Assembly: GCA_045545295.1 (NCBI GenBank)
Contig: JAZQAO010000036.1
Coordinates: forward strand, 139,029 to 203,028
From: Clostridia bacterium
GTDB lineage: Bacteria > Bacillota > Clostridia > UMGS1883
Reading direction: 5' to 3'
Length of the DNA: 64,000 nt
In this document: positions 55,318 to 63,576 of the stretch, piece by piece
Layout of the letters: each line of letters begins with the position of its first letter
Position numbering within the stretch: the stretch's first letter is position 1
Translations under genes and position numbers: made by a program
The notes under the pieces: generated by a model
What the model was told of the DNA's origin: nothing
The model's database searches: none
What the model saw: only the letters and a program-made list of their open reading frames with translations

Positions 55318-56919
55318 TTAATCAATCTCGCCGCCTGCGGCTATTATGGAAAGTTCCCTTCTTGTAAGAACTCTGCCGTATTTATCGTCCTCAATTATAT
55401 CGGGTTTAACGATAAATTTACCTTTCTGCAGGTGACAAAGCTCAATAATTTTATTGAAATACTCAAGAACTTTTGCATTTCTCTTGAAATCGTTTCTGTA
55501 AAGCTCACCGTCGATAACTGCACGAAGGTAAATCATCTGCCACTTTTTAAGATTGCGGATTTCTTCGGGAAGTGATGCATCAACTTCAACAATTGCCTTT
55601 TCAATTTCGGGAATACCTTCGGGATTGTCGATGGGATAACGGTGTCCCGGCTCAAATCCGCGGTGGAGAGTTTTTTCCATAGCAAAGATTGCATCGTGTG
55701 CTTTCTGAAGAAGCTCGCCCTCAAGTCCGAATTCGTAAGAAAGATATTCTTTTATAGTATCGGATGCACTCTGTCCGTCGCGGTATAAGCGAAGCATAAC
55801 CACCTTGTTGATTTCTTCGTAGAAACCTTCAGAATAGGGCCAACCGCCTGCAAGCTTGTCACCGTCACGGTCCCAAAGCTCCTGCAAAAGTGCGGGGATG
55901 GGGTTAGAACCGTAACCGCCCCAGGGAAGAATATCGCACATACTGATTTCGGGAAAACCGAGGATAGGTCTTCTCATACCCTTTTCAAAGGCGTAACGCT
56001 GATACTGGGGTTCTGCAACAAGGTACTTACATTCGCTGAGTCTGCCTTCGTCCATAACTTTATTCATCATCTCAAACTCAACATCGGTTTCGGTAAACGT
56101 ACCGAACTGCCAGAGTGAAAGAACAAGGTCTGTATTGGGCATATATTCCTTAACCATGGGGATAATTGCTTCAACGGTCTTTATATAGCCGTTACCGCCC
56201 CAGGGAGCACACTTACTGCAACTGCAACCGCCCTCGTCATAAGGTGTGATTGAAAGGTAGTCAAGCTGAAGGTCCTTGAAGGTTTCAAACCAGCTTCTGC
56301 GGTATTCAAGGATTTTTTCAAGTCCGCCCGGTTTGTTGGGGCAGATTTCTACATGGTAGTGTCCCTGAAGTACATTTACATATCCGTCGTGGCCCGGTGT
56401 CCAGTCAGCACGAAGCTGTTCGGGACTTGTTCTGAACGCTTCGTTTGAAATAGTGGTCATCATAATTTTAAGACCAATGGATTTGGCGTAACGCAGGATT
56501 TTCTTAAGACGCTCTGCATATTCCTTGCCGTCCTCCATACTGTCAAAATAGTACATATCAAACCACATGCGAAGCATATTTGTACCCCAGAGGGCAATAT
56601 CGTCAATATGGCGGTATATTTCTTCAAGGGGGGCACATTCGTAGTAGTTGTGATTATGGGATGCAAAATACATTGCACAAATTTCTTTTTTTGACTTGAA
56701 TGTACCGTTTTCGATTTTCGGATTTCGTATAAATCTTCCAAGGGTGTTGAGAAGCTCGGAATAAGAGCCTGCACTGATTGCACCGTCCTCAATTTTTCCT
56801 TCAAGTTCGGAAAGAGAATCGTCGATTAAAAGGGTAATGTCGTATTTTCCTTTAAGTCTGTCTTCTGCAATTCTTGCAATGTTAGAAAGGGTTTTGTCCG
56901 CTTTGTTATAAGTAATCAT
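55318..56919 (-). CDS. Hypothetical TIM-barrel glycosidase-like protein with a CxCxxC motif
   Basis: MMTTISNEAF (possible NE acid/base) and YDEGGCSCSKCAPWGG (a Cys cluster reminiscent of the Zn site described in GH42 enzymes). RBS AAAGGAG. No signal peptide. Confidence 0.35.
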   Translation of the reverse strand: MITYNKADKTLSNIARIAEDRLKGKYDITLLIDDSLSELEGKIEDGAISAGSYSELLNTLGRFIRNPKIENGTFKSKKEICAMYFASHNHNYYECAPLEEIYRHIDDIALWGTNMLRMWFDMYYFDSMEDGKEYAERLKKILRYAKSIGLKIMMTTISNEAFRTSPEQLRADWTPGHDGYVNVLQGHYHVEICPNKPGGLEKILEYRRSWFETFKDLQLDYLSITPYDEGGCSCSKCAPWGGNGYIKTVEAIIPMVKEYMPNTDLVLSLWQFGTFTETDVEFEMMNKVMDEGRLSECKYLVAEPQYQRYAFEKGMRRPILGFPEISMCDILPWGGYGSNPIPALLQELWDRDGDKLAGGWPYSEGFYEEINKVVMLRLYRDGQSASDTIKEYLSYEFGLEGELLQKAHDAIFAMEKTLHRGFEPGHRYPIDNPEGIPEIEKAIVEVDASLPEEIRNLKKWQMIYLRAVIDGELYRNDFKRNAKVLEYFNKIIELCHLQKGKFIVKPDIIEDDKYGRVLTRRELSIIAAGGEID

Positions 56920-56938
56920 AAAAAATCTCCTTTAATAA

Positions 56939-57137
56939 GTTCGAAATGTAAATATATCCCTCCACCAAGCTACGCTTGGTCCCCCTCCCTTTAGGCAAGG
57001 GAGGCTGCAAAATTCGAAATGATGGTAGTTTTTCTCTCACAAGAAAAACTTTTATTTATGTGAAATTTTCAAATAAGGATTTTTGCTGAAGCAAAAATTT
57101 ACCTTCACTTCGAACTTCGCATTTCGCACTTCGAATT
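56939..57137 (-). repeat. C-family repeat (C2) carrying a 56-bp nested insertion at 56953-57008
   Basis: Same termini as C1. The segment TATATCCCTCCACCAAGCTACGCTTGGTCCCCCTCCCTTTAGGCAAGGGAGGCTGC interrupts GTAAA|AATTCGAAATG. Confidence 0.7.
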
Positions 57138-57145
57138 AATGATTA

Positions 57146-59104
57146 TTAATTCTTTAAAATAAGATAATACATTGAACGAGATTCACTGCCGAGAGAAATA
57201 GTAAGTTTACCATTCTCATACTTTGTGGGAACCATACCGATATAGAATCCTTCGGGACTGATACCCCATACTTCATAAGTGGAGATGGGTGTTTCAATTT
57301 CGATTTCCGCCTTGATTGATTCTATCAGAACGGGGGCTTCTCCGTATTCTATCATCTGGTCACCAACGAATTTTGCACCAGTATTTTGTGCTCTGCCCAC
57401 GGTGGTGAGAAGAATATTTGAAGATTCTGTTATTTTTTCGTCTGTAAGGGAACTCATTGCAATAACTGCAAAATCTGTTTCTGCCGTTACCTTAACGCCT
57501 GAAAGGTCGATTGTGCCGTTCTTTGCAAGGAAGCCGTAAGCACATTTTGTGCCGTCTGTGTCAATGTAGCCGTAATTCTTTTCACGGCTGATGAAAAGCT
57601 CACCTGTATCTGAAAGAATATTTCCGTCAACCTTAACGGGCTTATCCTCTGCGAATTTGTCAAAGCTGTATTCAGAATATACTCCGTGACGCTCGATAGC
57701 ATTAGCAAGGTCGGCATCGTTAAATTTTGTTTTTGAAATGTGGCTGTATGTCTTAAATTCGTTAGCCTTTTTAACATCTCCACGTCTTGTCATAATAGCT
57801 GCGTGATAGAAAAGACCAAACTTTGCGGGGTCATTCCAAGTGCTGAAAATACCCTGACGGTAGGGAGTTCCACCAATCTTTTCGGAATAGATTTCTCTGC
57901 CGAGAATGTCCATTCTTTCAAGGCGTGCACTGTATGAATATGTGTGGATTGCATAGCCGTTCCACCCTTGTAAAAGTCCCAATGCCGCAGTGTAAAGAAC
58001 ACCGTCTGCACGATATTCGTTAGGCCAGGGAACGTCCCACTCGGAAATATATGTAGGCTTGTTTTCTGCACTCATATAAGCGCCTGTGAGAAGATATGTT
58101 TCATTTGCTTGAGTTACGGACTTGTTTTCGCAACACTTCCTGAATTCTTCCCAGCAACCCCATGTGTAGTAGTAGGGATGTGTGTCGATGTAATCTGCAC
58201 AAAGCTGTGTCTTTACGTTTGCAGGCACGATAGAGTGGTTTGTTCCGTTGAGAGGAATTTTAATTCCGATTTCACGCATATAGGAAAACATTTCCTCGTA
58301 ATACTTTTCCTGAATATATATTTTGAAATCAACGATAGTTTCGTTTTCGCTATCGTTTTTAAAGTCAAAATCGGCTGATGTCTTGTCGTAGCCGTTTTCC
58401 TTGAGCCACTTATCGAAAAGGGCAAGGATTTTTGTGTTGTAAGGCTCGGGGAAAGGGAACTTGAAATGGAATGAGAAGAGGTCACTTTCATTACAAACCT
58501 CTGCAAGAACGAATATGGGGTCGTCGCAGTAACGAAGATCTGTGTAGGGGTTTTCGTGTGTCCATAAATCCTTACAGAGTTTTTTCTGCAGGTCAATCAG
58601 TGTCTCGTCAAAATAGTTGACAGGCTTTGCAGAATCGCCCAGAGCTTTTGCATTTTCAACGCCCTCTTCCGCACGGAAACGTCTGTATGTGAGCATATCC
58701 ATATAGCAATAGATACCCTCTTTTTTAAGACAGTAAATAAGGTAGTCAAGTCTGTCCATGCTTTCGGGGTCAAGAGTGGCTCCTGTCATTTTCTTACCTT
58801 TTGTAAAAGCAAAGATGTTTGGAGTGTGCCACTCGGCGTCAAGCTGGTGGAATCTTACAAGGTTAAGACCGATTTTACTGAGTCTTTTTGCAAGGATTTC
58901 TGCATAGTCGTGTTCAGGAAAGCATCCCCAGCCATTGAAGTTTGTTCCCCAGAACTTCACCTTTGTGCCGTCCTCGAAAACGAAATCTCTGCCGTCAACC
59001 TTAAGAAAACCGTGCTTACCTGCAGGCTTTTCATCCTCAAACATAAAAGATATGTCAATGGGTACATCATCGTGATAAAACGGATATGGAATAAATTCGG
59101 TCAT
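57146..59104 (-). CDS. Clan GH-A (GH5-like) glycoside hydrolase, tandem paralog A
   Basis: KFWGTNFNGWG, LNLVRFHQLD, EVCNESD (NE acid/base) and YISEWDVPW (candidate nucleophile E). No signal peptide. RBS AAAGGAG. Confidence 0.5.
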   Translation of the reverse strand: MTEFIPYPFYHDDVPIDISFMFEDEKPAGKHGFLKVDGRDFVFEDGTKVKFWGTNFNGWGCFPEHDYAEILAKRLSKIGLNLVRFHQLDAEWHTPNIFAFTKGKKMTGATLDPESMDRLDYLIYCLKKEGIYCYMDMLTYRRFRAEEGVENAKALGDSAKPVNYFDETLIDLQKKLCKDLWTHENPYTDLRYCDDPIFVLAEVCNESDLFSFHFKFPFPEPYNTKILALFDKWLKENGYDKTSADFDFKNDSENETIVDFKIYIQEKYYEEMFSYMREIGIKIPLNGTNHSIVPANVKTQLCADYIDTHPYYYTWGCWEEFRKCCENKSVTQANETYLLTGAYMSAENKPTYISEWDVPWPNEYRADGVLYTAALGLLQGWNGYAIHTYSYSARLERMDILGREIYSEKIGGTPYRQGIFSTWNDPAKFGLFYHAAIMTRRGDVKKANEFKTYSHISKTKFNDADLANAIERHGVYSEYSFDKFAEDKPVKVDGNILSDTGELFISREKNYGYIDTDGTKCAYGFLAKNGTIDLSGVKVTAETDFAVIAMSSLTDEKITESSNILLTTVGRAQNTGAKFVGDQMIEYGEAPVLIESIKAEIEIETPISTYEVWGISPEGFYIGMVPTKYENGKLTISLGSESRSMYYLILKN

Positions 59105-59123
59105 AAAATTTCTCCTTTAATAA

Positions 59124-59203
59124 GTTCGAAATGTAAAATTCGAAATGATGGTGGGTTTTCTCCGAAAAGAAAACCTTTAATTCCGCATTCCGCATTTCGC
59201 ATT
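59124..59203 (-). repeat. C-family repeat, short variant (C3)
   Basis: GTTCGAAATGTAAAATTCGAAATGATGGTGGGTTTTCTCCGAAAAGAAAACC...TTCCGCATTCCGCATTTCGCATT. It abuts the stop codon of 59202..61154. Confidence 0.65.
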
Positions 59204-61154
59204 AGTTTTTAACTATCAAGTAATACATTGACCTTGACTCTGTTCCGAGAGAAATAGTAAGTTTACCATCCTCATACTTTGTGGGAACCATACCGATGTA
59301 GAAACCTTCGGGACTGATACCCCATACTTCATAAGTGGAGATGGGTGTTTCGATTTCAATTTCTGCCTTGATTGCTTCAATAAGAACGGGTGCTTTGCCG
59401 TAGTCCATCATCTGGTCGCCGACGAACTTGGCGTCAGTATTTTGTGCTCTGCCCACAGTGGTGAGAAGAATATTTGAAGATTCGGTGATTTTTTCATCTG
59501 TAAGTGAACTCATTGCAATAACTGCAAAGTCTGTTTCTGCTGTCACCTTAACGCCTGAAAGGTCAATAGTACCATTCTTCGCAAGGAAGCCGTAAGCACA
59601 TTTCGTGCCGTCTGTGTCAATGTAGCCGTAATTCTTTTCACGGCTGATGAAAAGCTCACCCGTATCGGAAAGGATATTGCCGTCAACCTGCTGAGGCTTT
59701 TCATCTGCAAACTTGTCAAAGCTGTATTCTGAATATATACCGTGCTTTTCTATTATCTCTGAAATATCGGGCTTGTTAAACACGGTTTTTGAAAGATGGC
59801 TGATAGTTTTGAATTCGTTTGCCTGCTTTACGTCGCCACGTCTTGTCATAATTGCCGCATGGTAGAAAAGACCGAACTTTGCAGGGTCGTTCCAGGTGCT
59901 GAAAATACCCTGGCGGTAAGGTGTGCCGCCGATTTTTTCGGAATATATTTCTTTACCGAGCATATCCATTCTGTCAAGACGGGCAGTGTATGAATATGTG
60001 TGGATTGCATAGCCTGACCAGCCGTGAAGAAGACCTATTGCAGCAGAGTAAAGAACACTGTCTGCACGGTATTCGTTAGGCCATGGAACATCCCACTCGG
60101 AAATATATACGGGTTTGTTTTCTACACTCATACAAGCAATCTTATCAAGGTATGATTCGTTTGACTGTGTTATGGATTTATTCATACAGCATTTGCGGTA
60201 TTCTCCCCAGCTCCAGTCATAGTAATATGTATGACCGTCAGTGTAATCTGTTCCAAGCTGTGTTTTTACGTTTGCAGGAAACATCGCCCAATTTGTTCCG
60301 GTGATAGGGATTTTTATTCCGATTTCACGCATGTAGGAAATCATATCTTTGTAATGGGTTTCGTGAAGATACATCTTGAATGCAAGAAGTGTTTCATCCT
60401 CTTTACTTGTAAGGTCAATATCGGCGGATGTTTTATCGTAACCGTTGTCTTTGAGCCACTTGTCAAAAAGATTAAGCATTCTTGTCTGATACGGCTCGGG
60501 GAAGGGCATTGCCCAGTAGTGCGAGAAGCAGTCGCTTTCATTGCAAACCTCTGCAAGCACAAAAACCGGATCATCGCAGTAACGTAGTCCCGTATAGGGG
60601 TTTTCGTGTGTCCATAAGTCCTTACAGAACTTTTTCTGAAGCTCAATAAGCTTTTCGTCAAAATAATCAAGGGGCCTTGCCGCATCAACAAGAGCTGCCG
60701 CATTTTCCACACCTTCCTCTGCACGGAATCTGCGGTATGTGAACATATCCATATAGCAGTAGATACCCTCTTTTTTAAGGCAATAAATAAGGTAATCAAG
60801 CCTGTCAATACTCTCGGGGTCAATCTGTCCGCCTGGCATTCTCTTACCTTTTGTAAAAGCAAAAATATTGGGAGTGTTCCACTCGGAATCAAGCTGATGA
60901 AATCTTACAAGGTTAAGACCGATTTTGGAAAGCCTTTTTGCAAGCTTCTCGGCATAGTCGTGCTCGGGAAAGCATCCCCAGCCGTTAAAGTTCGTTCCCC
61001 AGAATTTTACCTTTGTGCCGTCCTCAAAAACAAAATCTCTGCCGTCTGTCTTAAGAAAACCGTGCTTTCCTGCAGGTTTCTCATCCTCAAACATAAATGA
61101 AATATCAATCGGGACATCATCGTGAAAAAACGGATATGGAATAAATTCGGTCAT
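59202..61154 (-). CDS. Clan GH-A (GH5-like) glycoside hydrolase, tandem paralog B
   Basis: The ATG at 61154 follows AAAGGAG; the track start at 61199 adds 15 codons inside the promoter region. Colinear with paralog A along its whole length. Confidence 0.5.
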   Translation of the reverse strand: MTEFIPYPFFHDDVPIDISFMFEDEKPAGKHGFLKTDGRDFVFEDGTKVKFWGTNFNGWGCFPEHDYAEKLAKRLSKIGLNLVRFHQLDSEWNTPNIFAFTKGKRMPGGQIDPESIDRLDYLIYCLKKEGIYCYMDMFTYRRFRAEEGVENAAALVDAARPLDYFDEKLIELQKKFCKDLWTHENPYTGLRYCDDPVFVLAEVCNESDCFSHYWAMPFPEPYQTRMLNLFDKWLKDNGYDKTSADIDLTSKEDETLLAFKMYLHETHYKDMISYMREIGIKIPITGTNWAMFPANVKTQLGTDYTDGHTYYYDWSWGEYRKCCMNKSITQSNESYLDKIACMSVENKPVYISEWDVPWPNEYRADSVLYSAAIGLLHGWSGYAIHTYSYTARLDRMDMLGKEIYSEKIGGTPYRQGIFSTWNDPAKFGLFYHAAIMTRRGDVKQANEFKTISHLSKTVFNKPDISEIIEKHGIYSEYSFDKFADEKPQQVDGNILSDTGELFISREKNYGYIDTDGTKCAYGFLAKNGTIDLSGVKVTAETDFAVIAMSSLTDEKITESSNILLTTVGRAQNTDAKFVGDQMMDYGKAPVLIEAIKAEIEIETPISTYEVWGISPEGFYIGMVPTKYEDGKLTISLGTESRSMYYLIVKN

Positions 61155-61183
61155 TGCAAAAATCTCCTTTTTGAAATTTATAC

Positions 61184-61212
61184 TTGCATTATACCACATC
61201 TTCGTCTATAAT
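61184..61212 (+). promoter_or_regulatory. Candidate sigma-A promoter of the AraC gene 61269..62054
   Basis: TTGCAT (61184-89), 17 nt, TATAAT (61207-12). Confidence 0.6.
61188..61198 (-). promoter_or_regulatory. Candidate extended -10 promoter (TGgTATAAT) for the GH operon 61154->55318
   Basis: Minus strand TGTGGTATAAT. The TATAAT (61193-61188) overlaps the -35 of the divergent promoter. The leader to the ATG at 61154 is about 27 nt and contains an RBS. Confidence 0.5.
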
Positions 61213-61268
61213 CTAGTTAAAACAATGCAAAAAACCAATGAAAAACAGCACTTTTTTGGAGGGAAGCT

Positions 61269-62054
61269 ATGAAAGCTACGTTTGAAAACAATGATGTATT
61301 GCTTTGTGCGGAGAGTGGGAGAAGTATGCCGGGTTACCCGATGCAGTTTCATACTCACGCAGAAATTATATATATTATATCGGGAACTGTGACTATAACG
61401 GTTGACGGGATAAAACGCACGCTGAAAGCAGGACAGATGAGTATTTGCTTCCCCTATTCTATGCACGAATATGAAGAAAGTCCCGATTCAAAAATATTAC
61501 TTGTGCTTTTTTCAGCAAGTGCGACAGGTGTTTTTGAGCAGGATTTACTTACGAAAAAACCCGTTGTTCCTTATATTGAGGACGGGACGGTGCTTTACGC
61601 TACTCTTTGTAAAATTGTTGATTTTAAGAAAAAAGGCAAGGAGTACGAAAAAATTGCAATGGCATATCTTTGTGCCGCGGTGGGGGAAATACTGTCACAT
61701 CTTTCCCTTTATGATATTGAAAGCACCGACACGGGCACAATTCAGAAAATTCTGATATACTGTACCGAAAATTTCCGTGACAGCGATATGTGCCTTGACA
61801 AGGTGGCGAAAAATCTTTTTATCAGCAAAAGCTATATCTCCAAAATTTTTGCAAAAAAGCTTAAATGTAATTTCCGTGAATATATAAACTCTCTGCGTGT
61901 TAATGAAGCAAAATCACAGCTTGAGGGAACAGATTTCAAGATAATTGACATTATGGAAAACTGCGGATTTAAAAATCAGAGCAGCTTTAACCGTGTGTTT
62001 TTTGAAGAGTGCAAAGTAACGCCGCGGGAATACAGAAAAGAGAAGAAAAAGTAA
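61269..62054 (+). CDS. AraC-family transcriptional regulator (cupin-like N-terminal domain + two HTH units)
   Basis: HTHAEIIYIISGTVTITVDG is cupin-like. C-terminal VAKNLFISKSYISKIFAKKL and IMENCGFKNQSSFNRVFFEECKVTPREYR. RBS GGAGGGA. Confidence 0.75.
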   Translation: MKATFENNDVLLCAESGRSMPGYPMQFHTHAEIIYIISGTVTITVDGIKRTLKAGQMSICFPYSMHEYEESPDSKILLVLFSASATGVFEQDLLTKKPVVPYIEDGTVLYATLCKIVDFKKKGKEYEKIAMAYLCAAVGEILSHLSLYDIESTDTGTIQKILIYCTENFRDSDMCLDKVAKNLFISKSYISKIFAKKLKCNFREYINSLRVNEAKSQLEGTDFKIIDIMENCGFKNQSSFNRVFFEECKVTPREYRKEKKK

Positions 62055-62059
62055 ATAAT

Positions 62060-62092
62060 AGTACACTTTGGGGACAGTCCCCAAAGTGTACT
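62060..62092 (+). terminator. Strong hairpin after the AraC gene (possible terminator, no clear U-tract)
   Basis: GTACACTTTGGGG-ACAGT-CCCCAAAGTGTAC: a perfect 13-bp stem at 62061-62073 / 62079-62091. Confidence 0.45.
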
Positions 62093-62183
62093 AAAAACAT
62101 AAAATTATTCTGTCATTTGCGGTATGGGCGTTTTTAACATCCCATCCAGATTGGATTTTGTCCAAAAGGTTAGAATCTGTCTC

Positions 62184-62213
62184 TTGACCTTTGTTTTAAG
62201 GGGGTTGTATAAT
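62184..62213 (+). promoter_or_regulatory. Candidate sigma-A promoter of 62246..63268
   Basis: TTGACC (62184-89), 18 nt, TATAAT (62208-13). Confidence 0.6.
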
Positions 62214-62245
62214 TAAAGTAACAAAAAACAAAGGAGATGTTTGTT

Positions 62246-63268
62246 ATGGAAAAAAAGTGGGGACTTTTAGTTCATCTTGGTCGTAATATGTGGGGCGACC
62301 TTAGGGCACAGACAGAGGTTCATTTCGATATGGATGTATGGAATGACTTTGTTGACCATTGTGAGGCTAACGGACTTAATATGATTATTATGGACGTTGG
62401 TGAGGCTGTCGAGTGGGAAAGCCATCCCGAGCTTTCAATCAAGGGTGCATGGAGTAAAGAGCTTGTTAAGAGCGAGGTTTTAAGACTTCGTGAAAAGGGT
62501 ATCGAGCTTATTCCCAAGCTCAACTTCTCTAAGACACACGATGCGTGGCTTGGTGTTTATTCAAGAATGGCTTCAACACCCGAATATTACAAGGTGACAA
62601 AAGAATTAATCGAGGAAGTTTACGAAATGTTCCTTCATCCCTCAATCATACATATCGGTATGGACGAGGAAAACTGGAAGCATGCTACAGAAGGTGACAG
62701 ATCAGTTATTATGTTCCGTTCAAGTGCTCTTCAGGTTAATGATACAAACTATTTTATTGAATGTGTAGAAAACCTCGGTGCAAAATGTCATATGTGGCAT
62801 GATCCTTACTGTAACGTAAAGGAAGAAGATGCGGAAAAAATCAAAAAATCCGTTATTCCCGAGGTTTGGATGTACTATTCATACCTTAAAGAAAACTGGA
62901 CACTTATTTCCGAGCAGGACGATGAAGTAAAGGATTTCTACGCAACAGAATTTGTTCGCCGTTACGGTTACACAATCGAATATGTTGAGGAATCACCCTC
63001 TGTATTAAACGCAATCAAGCTTCTTGAAAAATTCTTCGAGGAAAAGAGACATTTCTTCCTTGCAACAAGTAACCTTTACATAAAGAACTGCGAAAAGGAT
63101 GCTATAGAATTTGTAAGAAGAAATAACCCTGACCTTTCACTTCTTGACGGTATGATTGGTGCACCCTGGGGCAGAATGTGGCCCGACAGAAAAGAGCTTT
63201 TGTGGGAAGCGGTTGAGCTTGTGGGTAAGGCAAGAAAACAAGCAGAAGAAATAATTGTGGGATGTTAA
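62246..63268 (+). CDS. Small GH20-like TIM-barrel protein (340 aa)
   Basis: The ATG at 62246 is 9 nt after AAAGGAG. WGLLVHLGRNMW, ELIPKLNFSKTHDAW and IHIGMDEENW (an H-x-G-x-D-E-like block) echo the motifs of 18417..20852. Confidence 0.4.
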   Translation: MEKKWGLLVHLGRNMWGDLRAQTEVHFDMDVWNDFVDHCEANGLNMIIMDVGEAVEWESHPELSIKGAWSKELVKSEVLRLREKGIELIPKLNFSKTHDAWLGVYSRMASTPEYYKVTKELIEEVYEMFLHPSIIHIGMDEENWKHATEGDRSVIMFRSSALQVNDTNYFIECVENLGAKCHMWHDPYCNVKEEDAEKIKKSVIPEVWMYYSYLKENWTLISEQDDEVKDFYATEFVRRYGYTIEYVEESPSVLNAIKLLEKFFEEKRHFFLATSNLYIKNCEKDAIEFVRRNNPDLSLLDGMIGAPWGRMWPDRKELLWEAVELVGKARKQAEEIIVGC

Positions 63269-63300
63269 AAAGCTCCAGAACGCAAAACGAATATCGTTTT
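63259..63300 (+). repeat. A-motif, copy 3
   Basis: GGGATGTTAAAAAGCTCCAGAACGCAAAACGAATATCGTTTT. It overlaps the last three codons and the stop of 62246..63268. Confidence 0.5.
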
Positions 63301-63388
63301 AATAAAATGCTTTTATTGAATAATAAAAACAAAGTACCGTTAAATGTTTTCGGTAGAAATTTGCGATGCAAATTTCGAAATAATTCGT

Positions 63389-63489
63389 TTTGCTACGAAC
63401 AAACTTCACCTCTCGGCGTATCCACACATACGCCTTCGGGTAACCCCTATGGGTTCAGTTTGTCCGTTCTGAAACTTTTTTCCTATCCC
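63389..63489 (+). repeat. B-family repeat, short form (B2)
   Basis: TTTGCTACGAACAAACTTCACCTCTCGGCGTATCCACACATACGCCTTCGGGTAACCCCTATGGGTTCAGTTTGTCCGTTCTGAAACTTTTTTCCTATCCC. Confidence 0.7.
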
Positions 63490-63510
63490 TTTGCGGGATA
63501 TTAAAATGCC

Positions 63511-63540
63511 CTTTGCTACGAACATTTTTTCCTATTTTCC
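63511..63540 (+). repeat. B-family repeat, collapsed copy (termini only)
   Basis: CTTTGCTACGAACA|TTTTTTCCTATTTTCC: the left and right ends of the B element are joined with no interior. Confidence 0.5.
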
Positions 63541-63576
63541 ATGCAGAATGCATAGTGCAAAATGGTTTTATAAAAA

